The position numbers and the translations under genes are program-made. A stretch of 40,446 nt of DNA from Paraspadella gotoi (taxonomy: Eukaryota; Animalia; Chaetognatha): assembly GCA_051294375.1 (NCBI GenBank), contig JBJCIZ010000528.1, positions 1-40,446 of the forward strand, in the 5' to 3' direction. The notes below the pieces were generated by a model that was not told the DNA's origin, did not search any database, and saw only the letters and a program-made list of their open reading frames with translations. Shown here one piece after another: positions 21,757 to 33,285 of the stretch (positions are counted from its first letter, which is position 1; every line of letters starts with the position of its first letter).

Positions 21757-24570
21757 AATGCTCATTAAAACTTTTGTTTCTTTTACATCAAACCCTTTAT
21801 GAATAAGAAAACCACCATTAGATGCTTATTGTACATAATTTGTTTCATATGTTTCTTATTGTCCTTTGGAAATTCTTCCACAAAAAACGAAACAAGACTA
21901 AGTTTAGATTTGTTTTTATTTACTCAAAATTATAACAGTTTTTTTCAAATTAAGATTTAATCAACTAGTTTCAAACAGTTTTTTTCCTCATTTTTTTTCC
22001 TTTTTTTTGGTTTGATTGATTTGTTCTGAACTAGAATAAAAATAATGGTAAAAATCCTCTAATTATAATTATATTAATTCGATATATTTGCATATCTAGA
22101 ATGCAGTATGACTAGAAAAGCAACGATTTTAAAGATTAATTTAAAATTTTTTAATTATTATATAAAGAAATATTATTTTTGCGCGCAGGAATTAAATATT
22201 TTATTTTTTCTTTAGAAAATCTGAATACTAGAAACGATATTTCAATATATGTAAAACGCCATAAGATTAATAAATGAGCAACGAATAACTAAGAATTTTA
22301 ATTACTGGGACATTTTATATCAAGATTAATGAAAAAGAAACATTAAATAAATATTTCTTTTGAAAATTATAAAAATTAAATTTTATTATAAGATTAATTA
22401 TACGAAGAAATTTTATATATAAAAAATTGAAAAATTTCATTTATTTTTACAAAACAAACAATTTAAAAAAAATTTTTAGATCATATCAACAATATATAAT
22501 TTAAATCCGATAATCACAATTAGATTTATTCATAAAATATTTTTTTTATAAAATAAATAAATATGCAAGATTTTTTTTTTTATGAATTATAACAATTTTT
22601 AATTTTAAATATTATTTATTAATTAATTATAAAATAATATAAAATTAAATTTCTCAATGAAAATGTAAAAATATAAAATGATAATTTTTTATCTAAAATA
22701 AAAAAATTAAACAATTATTAATAAATTTAAAAATTATTAATTATGATGATTAATAAATATCAGATTAAAAATAATTGACGAATAAAAAAAAATTTTTATA
22801 GATCTTTTAATTTTAAGCATTTTTTTTCATTATTACATTTTTAAATCCATTATCATAAACAATAATTAGACATATTCATTTTTTTTAAATTATAGAAGTA
22901 ATAATAAAAGAGAAAAAATTTAAGTATGAAAATAATTTATGCAGAAGACAGACGATTTTAATAAAAAAAAATAATACGAATTAGATATTTTAAATTTACG
23001 AAAAAAATGATTGAAAGATGGAGGATCAAGCGGAGAAACAGCATAGATATATTATTTTAATACGTGAAATTAAATTTTACTTAAAAAATTCACAGAAAAA
23101 CAAATCATATAATTGATTTGATTTATTTCGATAGATGCATTAATATATTAATAATTTATCAACATCAGAACGCATTTTTATACGAGAGAATTGACATAAA
23201 AGATTAAAAGATGTTTGATATGATTTAATTTCAATAATTTAGAAATAAGAAATAATTTATTAATAAATTTCCATATATAATTTATTTTTTAAAAATATTA
23301 AGATCATTCTGTTTAAAACTAAGCATACATAAACCTGTAACTGTAGATTTGAAAGTTATATATTATAAGTTTAATTACCTAGTTAGACTTGCAGTAAAAT
23401 AAAAAAAATGATGCATCAGTTAGACCATGCAGCCAAGCCTTCTATCCCGGCATCCCTAATTTACTTTCTACAAACAACACCACTCACATACAGGGTTCAT
23501 CACTAAATTCTCTTACCAAAGAGTCAAAATATCTAAACAGAAGGAAGAAAGTTTGTTTACCTAAACTATTTCCAGCATAAATTTTACATATAACTTCTTA
23601 TTATAACTTGGCGCATTTATAAATCTATATTTATTATCAATACTAATTAAATAATAATATTTTTCCCCCTAGTTTATTATTGTTTGAATACACATTCACA
23701 AAGCAAATTACTTATTTCTTATCAAGTAATAATATAATCTAGCTATCTAATAAAGGCAAGAAACCATAGTAGAAATTCAAAATTTTTAATTGAATTTGTT
23801 TTATCGAAAATACTAGTTTTAGTATGAATTGGTTTAAAAAGAGTAAAAGTTTACAATTTCTTGGAGAAAAAAAATTTACTCATGGCAAAAAGAGTAATTG
23901 GGCCATTTTCCAATAACTTTTGTTGAGCTACTTTGATATTACTAAAAGCAAAGACTCAGCAGATTCTGAATAATATAATTGTTTTAATCTAAATTTGAAC
24001 AGTTCTCTCGTAATAAAAGGCGAAGTTAAGCCAGAAAGAGTAAAATTATAAAAAAATTTGAGAATATAATTATAAATTTTAATCATTTTTTAGTTTTAAG
24101 TTTAATTTTATTAAGTATTTGTGATTTTATTTTTAGTCAGTACTGCTAAATATTATCCTTTAATAACTATATTCTTCACAAAAATTTAGAAAATAACTTA
24201 TAGTAAGTAATTTATGCAAAAAACTATGATCATCTTTATATTTTATATTATATAAAATATTATATTATTATAAAAATTTTAAAATAAAAAGTTTTAATAA
24301 AAAATGATAAAGTCTACATCAAAAATACTATTTGCAAATTAAATCATTAGTGATGTAGATCAATATTTTTTTAAGAAATCCTTTTTTTTTTTTAAAATTT
24401 AATTTAAACGAAGATACGATCAAAAGAAAAACCGCAAAACGCGCAACTTGGAAACTCTGGAAGAGTTCCTTCCGTCAAGTTTTCTACAGACAAGAAAAGA
24501 ATCTAATAAAATGAGTTTGTGACCCTTTATCTGGTGGTAATTAAAAATTTGGGGTAACTCTATTAATGAG

Positions 24571-25374
24571 ACCAAAGAAGGCTAAAGTTGAGTTAAAAAT
24601 AAATTAGGATTTACTTTAAGATCTGTTATATTTCAAGATGAGAGCAGAGAGGATTAGGCATGTTGAGTCGGCAGTTAAAAGACTGTGGAAAATATTTGTT
24701 TATTCATTTGAGAAAGGACTTAGACAAGATTATTGGGTTGCCAAATTAAATGGCAAATTGGAAGTTTTAAAAAAACGAATCTTATTGGAAAATGTACTGG
24801 GTAATTAAACTGAGGGTATATTGTTTTGGGTATTGAGGACCACATATTTTATATTTATTAGCGTCCCTTTTTTGTGTTTTTATGTGGTAAGCGTCTGTTG
24901 TCAGTTAATAGCGTGATATGTGTTTCTAATTTTCTATAATTGGTGAAGGATTTATTTTACTCTGCATTTATTGATAGTGTTTCTATTTTATTGGTGATGT
25001 AGGAGAATTATTTTTCAATCTTACACTTACATGATATAGTTACGTGATATATACGTGTACTGCTTACACTTACATTAATATAGTTTTTGTGTATCTGTAC
25101 CTCTACACTTACGTGATATAGTTTTTTGGTGGTTTTTCTGTTAGCCGTCTCATGGTCGTTTTGTGATCTATTAGCGTCTCATTTGTTATTTAAGCGTCTC
25201 TTGTCTGTTTTTATAGCGTCTTGTTTCTTGATTGATCTGAGTGCTTATATTTATATATATATTTATATCAAACATTGAATCAAGTGGTTTTACGTTTACG
25301 TGTTGGCTAGCTTCGATTTCGACGCCACCTCAGCCTCCGCTCGATAAGCCACGCTAAGAAAAAAAAAAAAAAAA
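24571..25374 (+). mobile_element. L1/Tx1-like LINE 3' end (ORF2 C-terminus, 3' UTR, poly-A), copy A
   Basis: Frameshifted copy of 32518-33285; A-run at 25359-25374. Confidence 0.8.
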
Positions 25375-25422
25375 TTTAAATTAGTCCTTTCGTCGCGTAT
25401 AAAAATTAAAAATCTACATACG

Positions 25423-28400
25423 ATGGATCGCGTATTCAAGGCTGTCAAAGCGGCGAGGGCCAGGACGCCCAGGCACGTCCGAGGGATGCCGACGCCGCAT
25501 CGAGACGTGGCCGCAAGCCTTAGTAGCGTCCCACCTCAGTGAGCGAAGGCAAACCGCCGTACTTCAATCAACGCAAAGTTCGACGCCGCGTTCACTGACC
25601 TGAAAGAACGAAACTGAAGAGCAATACTCATGGGAGGCTCCGCCGCTCCCGACCGTAACGCTCCGCTCCTCGGCCACGCCGCGCCGACCGCGTCCGCCTC
25701 AGGCATGCTGAAACCGCCCAGAAAGGGCCCCGGCCAACCATCAAGCTGGAGAAACCCGCGCCAGACGAGACACCCGAAGACTTCTCATGGGAGTATACAA
25801 ACCCTCGTGACTGGGTGAGACCCGAAGTTGACGATCAACTCAGGCCTTCTCGCCCGGCGACGAGGAAGCAAGTGTTTTCATTGTCCGATTAACGAGTCTC
25901 TGCACGGCCTCAAAAGAGATGTGCGAGAGTCTACGTGGTCGGGATTCTAGAAGCGTCTGCAAACATTCTCCGTAGTCGTCGATCCAGCGTCCACTCCAAA
26001 TTCGGGCTAGCGCTAGTAAACACGGTTTACCGCCACTTCGACTATGTCGCCGGCTGAAGAACGCCCGGCGATCGCCCCATCACGTCGCACGCTACTCACC
26101 ACGGCGCTGGAACCTACGCTCCAGGCATCACGGCAGAATCGAATGAAGTTCCGCGCCTTATCGCCGATGGAAAGCGGTGCGAGCTCGGCTCTCATTATCG
26201 AATGGAAAATTGGCATGGCTACCTAAATTCCGCGGAACAGATGCCTCGTCCGCGATCATCACTCAGTGAGGACGATGACCGCCAACTCGTCACAGACTCC
26301 TCCTGAAGAAAGGCCTGGTCAGATAGGACCCCGCGACAGCGCAAACGCCTCTTTACCAAGTGTAACGATGGTACAAGAACAAATAACAGCGGGAACTCCT
26401 GGGAAAAATGGCGAAATCAATGGCAAAAGTGGAAATGGCAAAGTGGCCGAAACGCGCCCATTCGAAGAAAAGAGAAATGGGACAGCTGTCCACAGCGATA
26501 CCGCGCGACGACCGCCGTGACGATCGACGCGACGACCGATCGCGGCGCCAGAAGAAGTTTTGGCGGACGAGGCAAAGGGCGAAATAAGCGAAAAGCAACG
26601 CAGCAGAAATGGCAGAATGGCCGATTTGAAGGCAAGAAGACCGATTTCCATGTTGAAATTGACGACGATGATGATGACATTATTATCTGTGAAAAATAAA
26701 GCCGATGAAAATTATAAAGTATTCTCATAGCAGAAGGACAGCCCTAGAACGTGACCAAAGACAAAGAAAAGGAGTGGCCGAGCTAGTAAATAACATGGCC
26801 GCTAGATTACGGAAGATTTGCGAAGAGGTTCGCCGCCAGCCCGAAAGATACCGCCTTAGGCGACTCGCAACGAATGCCCTATTATTAGGAGCATATGCGC
26901 CCGAGCCGGATACGAAAGTTGTTTGCGCCACTGAAAGTACCGTGAAAATGCGCTTTAGCCTCGTTAATGGCAAAACAAAGTGCTAGAATTATGGCCCGCG
27001 GCAGAAAAGGAAGAAGGAAAGGCTTTAATAAAAGAATTAAACTTCTGTGCAGAAAAGCTTGTACTAGGGCGTTGAAAAATGTCGGGAACGAAAATATTAA
27101 CAAAACGAAGACGATATCAGCGTGGCGCATGCAAGAGTGAGGTAACATAGCCTATTTTTAGGTTGTAATAAAGTCTGTTAGAATTCCGAATTGATGGGAT
27201 TAACCATTATTTTTGGTATAGTCCCTCATCCTTCTTTGGTCGGAAATGGCGATTTTTGGCAGCATACGAGTGGCTATAAAAATGGAGCAAACATTGTAGA
27301 GTATAGAAACTCAAATATTAAGATATAAAAGCATATTTAAACTTACATAATATGAAAATAAATGACCCATAAAAATATTTTGGTAAGTTTTATTTATAAA
27401 TGTTTTATATTTTTATTAATAGTGTTTTTAAGCTTATTTATTGAAAATAATAATAAAAATAAGCTAAAGGAAAAAATAATTAAAATTTTAAAATTTTAAA
27501 CCAGATTGAATCCTTAAAAAGTTGAATATAAGAATTATAATCCATTTTAAAAATTCTTTTCATTAAGTAGGTTAAAAATATTACAACTATTATTTTTAAT
27601 CTTAATTTTTCAAAATTTTTTGCTTAAAATTATAGTTTTTCTGATATTTGACCACTTAATGACAATATTTTGATATAAAAATTATATTTTCTTATATCAA
27701 CTTTTTGCCAAAGAATGCAAATCCCATGAAAAAAATTTTGAAAATACTTGATTTTTACTTTAGCCCCAATTTTACTCATAATTATTAATAAATAAGTTAA
27801 ACTAACTTTTATAATAAAATAAAATTTAGAAATAAACTTATGAATATTTTTATAAATCTTTATTTTTATATTTCAAAAGCCATATAAATTTGATAAAATT
27901 TTAATTAATTTGATTTATTCATAACTTAAATGTGTTCTTTAATAATTTTATATACATTAAAACCCTATTTTCGACAAGAAAGATAAATTATACAAAAAAA
28001 TGGTCATCCACCATCGAATTCTAACAGACTAACAATTACATAAAATACTTATGTACCTCACTTGATTTGTTTATATTTTGTTTTTTTCCGCTCGTAAGCT
28101 CTGATACTCCTCTCTGGAACCAGAGACGAACGGAAGGACGCTCAAGCCGAGGCGCCGCCTCGCAGTGCAAGCCGAGGACCCGCCAAGGGACCTCCACCGG
28201 AAAACAACGCCGAGTAGCACCGTCTCCGTCAGCCACTAACGCGCTATCAGCCGATGCCGCCGCCTACTCTACAACCAACTTACGAGGTAATTGGAACAGG
28301 GAGGGATGAGTCTTGGCACAAAGCAACGATCGACCGCGCCGAAAAGGAGTGACGAGCCGGAAAGATTTTCGGCGCCTCCAAGCATCACCGGTCACATCAA

Positions 28401-29603
28401 AAGGACGAAGTCCCGCTTCCCTCCACTCCCTGATGCGCTCGGTTCAAACGCCCGGAAACGCTAGGCCTCCACCGCCCAAGGGGATGACACATAACGCCCG
28501 ATTACCGGCCGCAAAAAACTATATACCGGCGGTTAATTAATGGGCTCCCGCAGCTGCATCTACGACACAGGAGCCTCCATAAACAACGCATCCCCGTCCG
28601 ATTCCGTGACGAATGGTCCCTCGAGACAAAGTCACCCGAGCCCGCCAAGTACGAGTGGACCACCGAAATGGAAATCGTGTTCCATGCCGCGACCGTTTAG
28701 CCCTCAGGTCATGTTTCAAAACTGGACCTTGACAAACAATTTTCGTAATCAACCGGATGAAGGATGCCGTGGACGTTATCGATTGGGGAAACCTGGGCCA
28801 CCAACAGACCCGGCCCCGCCACCGAGCTCTGGTCGTATCATCCGGCGAAAGCGGACTGCAGGTGGCTCACCATGGTGGGGAAACCCATCACCACTCTGAA
28901 AGAGTAAGATAACGGGCGCTCTGGGCGGCCAGGTGGCTCGCCAAGGCGCTCCGTCATGCCATCTCTACCATCCCTTTGTTCGCCGAAGCACATTGCGCCG
29001 GGCCGAGTGCTAGTTAGAGCTGCGAAGGTTTACACTGAGAGTACCTCACCGATGCGAAATGGATTTGTAGAGTCACTAAGCAGAGACGTTGCCTGCTCCG
29101 TCAGCCGGAGACGCCCTCCGCTCCGCGTCAGCCTTCCGGGAACGCTGGTCGAGTGGGAAGCAGCAAAGATATGTCGTCACCAGATGAAAGCTCAGAAACA
29201 GCTCGCGCCTGCTCGACTCAGGGACAGAGCGAACCCAGTATCGGCGGACTCCCAGGGACAAAAGCCCCTTAACTAAGGAGATGTACAAAAGGAAACATTC
29301 CCGCCCACGATAAATATAAAGCCATTCGCCCGTCTGGAAGGGCCGGAGTTAAAGGGCGGGTACGGAAGCACGCGATAGGCGCCGGGACAAAAACATGACG
29401 ATCGAGGAAAAGAAGAGTTTTCTCTCTTTCAACCGTTCAAGAGAAATAGGACCGAAGGGGCGCTTGACCGATAAAGGCACCTGTAGTCTGGGGACGCTGG
29501 GGGGTATGGGAATTCCGCGACGTGTTCGTGATTCATTAACGATTGTAAAGAAGGTTCTGAATTACAAGGTAGACCTCGGTTTCACAACGGAGGAGAATCT
29601 ACC
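25423..29603 (+). mobile_element. Ty3/gypsy gag-protease region, copy A, truncated near the start of RT
   Basis: Retropepsin motif CIYDTGASIN at ~28555-28585; colinear with 33337-36500. Confidence 0.85.
27060..28095. mobile_element. ~1.04-kb AT-rich foldback/MITE-like palindromic insertion
   Basis: Absent from copy B (~35010). Arms are degenerate reverse complements over ~500 bp (agtctgttagaatt/aattctaacagact; agtgaggta/tacctcact; tcattaagt/acttaatga); centre ~27610; aagct on both sides. Confidence 0.8.
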
Positions 29604-30073
29604 GTTGAACGGGAGGTCTGGTTTAGGGTTAGGGTTGGGAGAGAAGCCCGTGTTAGCTGCGCTTTTCATTATATTCGCTACTTTTATCACTGGCGAAGTC
29701 GCCAACCAACTAGAACCTAAGTTTTAAATGTTCATAACTCGGTTTATGCTACATAATTTTAAATAATATTTGGTAGGAATATTGAATAATATGTATTATA
29801 AGATGTTAAGGTGCTTCATAATTGTGCCGGCAGGTGATGATATAAAAATTCAATCTTTAAAATTATAAAATATAAAATAGTCAATATTTTTAAAAGCGGT
29901 AAGGTACCATTAAATGCATACTAGGTTTTATAATGTTTTAGGATTTCTTCTCTGTGACATCGTCGTCGTCGTCGTCGTCATCGGCGTCACGCTGTTTTTA
30001 ACTTGCATAATTTTTTCAACTTGCATAATTTTTTCAACTTGCATAATTTTTTAAACTTGCATAATTTTTTAAA

Positions 30074-30296
30074 CTTGTGAAGAGGCTGGTTTTACAGGGC
30101 GCCACACCCGCAGCGGTATCACCTCGTGGCGACAGCGAGACAGGATGTTCATGTAGTCCAGAGCTTTGGATCTGGCAGTAGGCCCATGCCTACAGGCGGG
30201 TTACCCGGTCCATCCCACTTTCTACATGACAACCTCAGGGCTCGAACCAGGGACGCACATTGGGATGGTGCATTAGTCCACTGAGCCACTGAGGCG
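30074..30296 (-). mobile_element. tRNA-derived SINE (~220 bp)
   Basis: A box TGGCTCAGTGG (30278-30288), B box GGTTCGAGCCC (30238-30248), acceptor-like gcctcag/ctgaggt, then a GC-rich body ending gcgccctgtaaaaccagcctcttcacaag. Confidence 0.85.
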
Positions 30297-30432
30297 CTGC
30301 GAAATAAACAGCTTTAATCCATCTGTGGTGATAGGACCACCAGACTTGCATAATTTTTTTAACTTGCAGTTTGACTTAACAGATTTTGGTTTTGCAAACA
30401 TTGAATTGGTGAGAGAGAGAAAGAGAGAAAGT

Positions 30433-30913
30433 TTCCAACAAAGAATTGAGAAAAGGATAGATGTGAGGACTGGTAAAGGTGATGACAGGTAAGGAGAGAG
30501 AGTGAATAAATTTGAAACTGGTGAAATAGAAAAAGAGATAAAGAGAGAGGTGGAAAAATTATTACATTTGGCAATTTGCAGCTCTTTTCTTTACTTATTT
30601 TTACAAATCTATCTATCCCGAACCACTTATTCTTCTATTTCATTTTTACTTACATCTCATTAGCTAACTTATTTACCTTTATTGTTATTATTATTATTTC
30701 TTTAGTTTAAAATTAAGTTTGCTTAATTTAAATCTATCTTTGTTGTATATTGCCAAATATAATGATTTTTCCCTCTCACTTTCTCTCTCTCTCTCTCTTT
30801 CTCTTTTACCAGTTTCAATTTTATTTTATTTTATTCATTCTCTCTCCTTTCCTATTCTTACCTTTACCTGTCCTCACTTCTGACCACTATCTTTTCCTCA
30901 ATTCTTTGTTGGA
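30433..30913. repeat. Diverged ~150-bp inverted repeat upstream of the hammerhead (30433-30575 vs 30749-30913)
   Basis: ccaacaaagaattgag/ctcaattctttgttgg, tgaaactggt/accagtttca and atttggcaat/attgccaaat pair up; same arrangement at ~21176-21674. Confidence 0.8.
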
Positions 30914-30930
30914 TAGGAATTCTTTGTGAA

Positions 30931-30992
30931 ACCACTGATGAAGACTCATAAAAGCAAGAGTCGAAAGCTTTATTGTTAATACAATCGTTGGT
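30931..30992 (+). ncRNA. Type I hammerhead ribozyme motif (Penelope pLTR-like), copy B
   Basis: Core CTGATGA (30935-30941), extra A, stem II gactc/gagtc, GAAA (30963-30966), palindromic AGCT, stem I acca/tggt; attaaa just downstream. Confidence 0.75.
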
Positions 30993-32517
30993 AATGCTCA
31001 TTAAAACTTTTGTTTTCTTTTACATCAAACCTTTATGAATAAGAAAACCACCAATTAGATGCTTATTGTACATAATTTGTTTCATATGTTTCTTATTGTC
31101 CTTTGGAAATTCTTCCACAAAAAACGAAACAAGACTAAGTTTTAGATTTGTTTTTATTTACTCAAAATTATAACAGTTTTTTTCAAATTAAGATTTAATC
31201 AAACTAGGTTCAAACAGTTTTTTCCTCATTTTTTTTCCTTTTTTTTTGTGTTTGATTGATTTGTTCTGAACTAATCGATCATTCTGTTTAAACTATAGCA
31301 TAATAAACTGTACTGTAGTTTGAAAGTTATATATTATAAGTTTAATACTAGTTTAGACTTGCAGTAAAATAAAAAAATGATGCATCAGTTAGACCATGCA
31401 GCAAGCCTTCTACCGGATCCTAATTTACTTTCTTACAAACAACACCACTCACATACAGGGTCATCACTAAATTCTCTACCAAAGAGTCAAAATATCTAAA
31501 CAGAAGGAAGAAAAGTTTTGTTTACCTAACTATTTCCAGCATAAATTTTTACATATACTTCTTATTTATCTTGGCCATTTATAAATCTATATTATTATCA
31601 TACTAATTAAATATAATATTTTTCCCCTTAGTTTATTATTGTTTGATACACATTCACAAAGCAAAAATTACTTCATTTCTTGATCAATAATATATATAAT
31701 CTAGCTATCTAATAAAAGGCAAGACCAAGTAGATTCAAAATTTTTAATTGAATTTTTTTTATGAAATACTGTTTTAGATATGAATCTGTTTTAAAAAGAG
31801 TAAAAGTTTACAATTTCTTGGAGAAAAAAATTTACTCATGGCACAAAAGTAGTAATTGGGCCATTTTCCAATAACTTTTGTGAGCTACTTTTGATATTTA
31901 CTAAAAGCAAAGACTCAGCAGATTCTGAATATATAATTGATTTTAATCTAAATTTGACAGTTCTCTCGTAATAAAGGCGCAAAGTTAAGCCAGAAAGAGC
32001 TAAAAAATTATAAAAAATTATGGAGAATATAATTATAAATTTTAATCATTTTTTTTAGTTTTTAAAGTTTAATATTAAGTATTTTGATTTTATTTTTAGT
32101 CAGTACTGCTAAATATTATCCTTTTAATACTTATTCTTCACAAAATTTAGAAATAACTTATAGTAAGTAATTTATCAAAAAAACTAATGATCATCTTTAT
32201 ATTTTTATATTATATAATATTATATTATTAATAAAATTTATTAAAAATAAAAAGTTTAATAAAAAATATAAAGTCTACATCAAAAATATATTTCAAAATT
32301 AAATCAATTAGTGATTTAATCATTATTTTATTTAAGAAATCCTTTAAATTAATTTCAAACGAAAGATTACGATCAAAGAAAAACCGCAAAACCGCACTTG
32401 GAAACTCTGGAGAGTTCCTTTCCGGTCAAGTTTTCTACAGACAAAAAAGAATCTAATAAAATGAGTTGTGACCCTTTATCTGGTGTAATTAAAAATTTGG
32501 GTAACTCTATTAATGAG

Positions 32518-33285
32518 ACAAGAGGCTAAAGTGAGGTTAAAAAATAAATTAGGATTTACTTTAAGATCTGTTATATTCAAGATGAGAGCAGAGAGGATTA
32601 GGCATGTTGAGTCGGCAGTTAAAAGACTGTGGAAAATATTTGTTATTCATTTGAGAAAGGACTTAGAACAAGATTATTGGGTTGCCAAATTAAATGGCAA
32701 ATTGGGAAGTTTTAAAAAACGAATCTTATTGGAAAATGTACTGGGTACATTAAATGAGGGTATATTGTTTTGGGTATTGAGGACCACATATTTATATTTT
32801 ATTAGCGTCTTTTTTGTGTTTTATGTGGTAGCGTCTGTTGTCAGTTTATAGCGTGATATCGTGTTTCTAATTTTCTATTAATTGGTGAAGGGATTATTTT
32901 ACTCTTGCATTTATGTGATAGTGTTTCTATTTATTGGTGATGTAGGAATTATTTTCAATCTTACACTTACATGATATAGTTACGTGATATATACGTGTAC
33001 TCTTACACTTACATTATATAGTTTTTGTGTATCTGTACTCTTACACTTACGTGATATAGTTTTTTGTGTTTCTGTTAGCGTCTCATGTCGTTTTGTGAAT
33101 CTATTAGCGTCTCATTTCGTTTTTAGCGTCTCTTTGTCTGTTTTTATTAGCGTCTTTTTCTGTTGATCTGAGTGCTTATATTTATATATATATTTATATC
33201 AAACATTTGAATCAAGTGGTTTACGTTTACGTGTTGGCTAGCTCGCCTTCCGCTCGATAAGCCACGCTAAAGAAAAAAAAAAAAA
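32518..33285 (+). mobile_element. L1/Tx1-like LINE 3' end (ORF2 C-terminus, 3' UTR with tagcgtct repeats, poly-A), copy B
   Basis: RQEAKVRLKNKLGFTLRSVIFKMR...DYWVAKLNGKLGSFKKRILLENVLG continues in frame from 13484; A-run at 33273-33285. Confidence 0.85.

Larger units (their letters stand above)
13485..24562. mobile_element. Large non-autonomous hAT-like TIR element with 8-bp TSD (second right end at 32509 in the duplicate)
   Basis: TTAATGAG at 13477-13484 and 24563-24570 (also 32510-32517). Left end TAGACTTAC...aaaacttgaccggaaaagaactctccaaagcttccaagt (13485-13625) is an imperfect inverted copy of 24446-24562 and 32396-32509. Removing the element restores LINE ORF2 (LGLM|RQEAKVRL). No transposase seen. 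Confidence 0.85.
20210..29603 (+). repeat. Copy A of a ~7-kb tandem duplication (copy B ~29604-36500), with two copy-A-specific inserts
   Basis: Colinear match through SINE, hammerhead, hAT right end, LINE 3' end and gypsy gag/PR; inserts at ~22034-23300 and ~27060-28095. Confidence 0.92.

Noticed and set aside
30230-30296. Functional tRNA gene
   Set aside because: The anticodon arm is not formed and the sequence runs on into a repeated ~150-bp body, so it is a SINE head.
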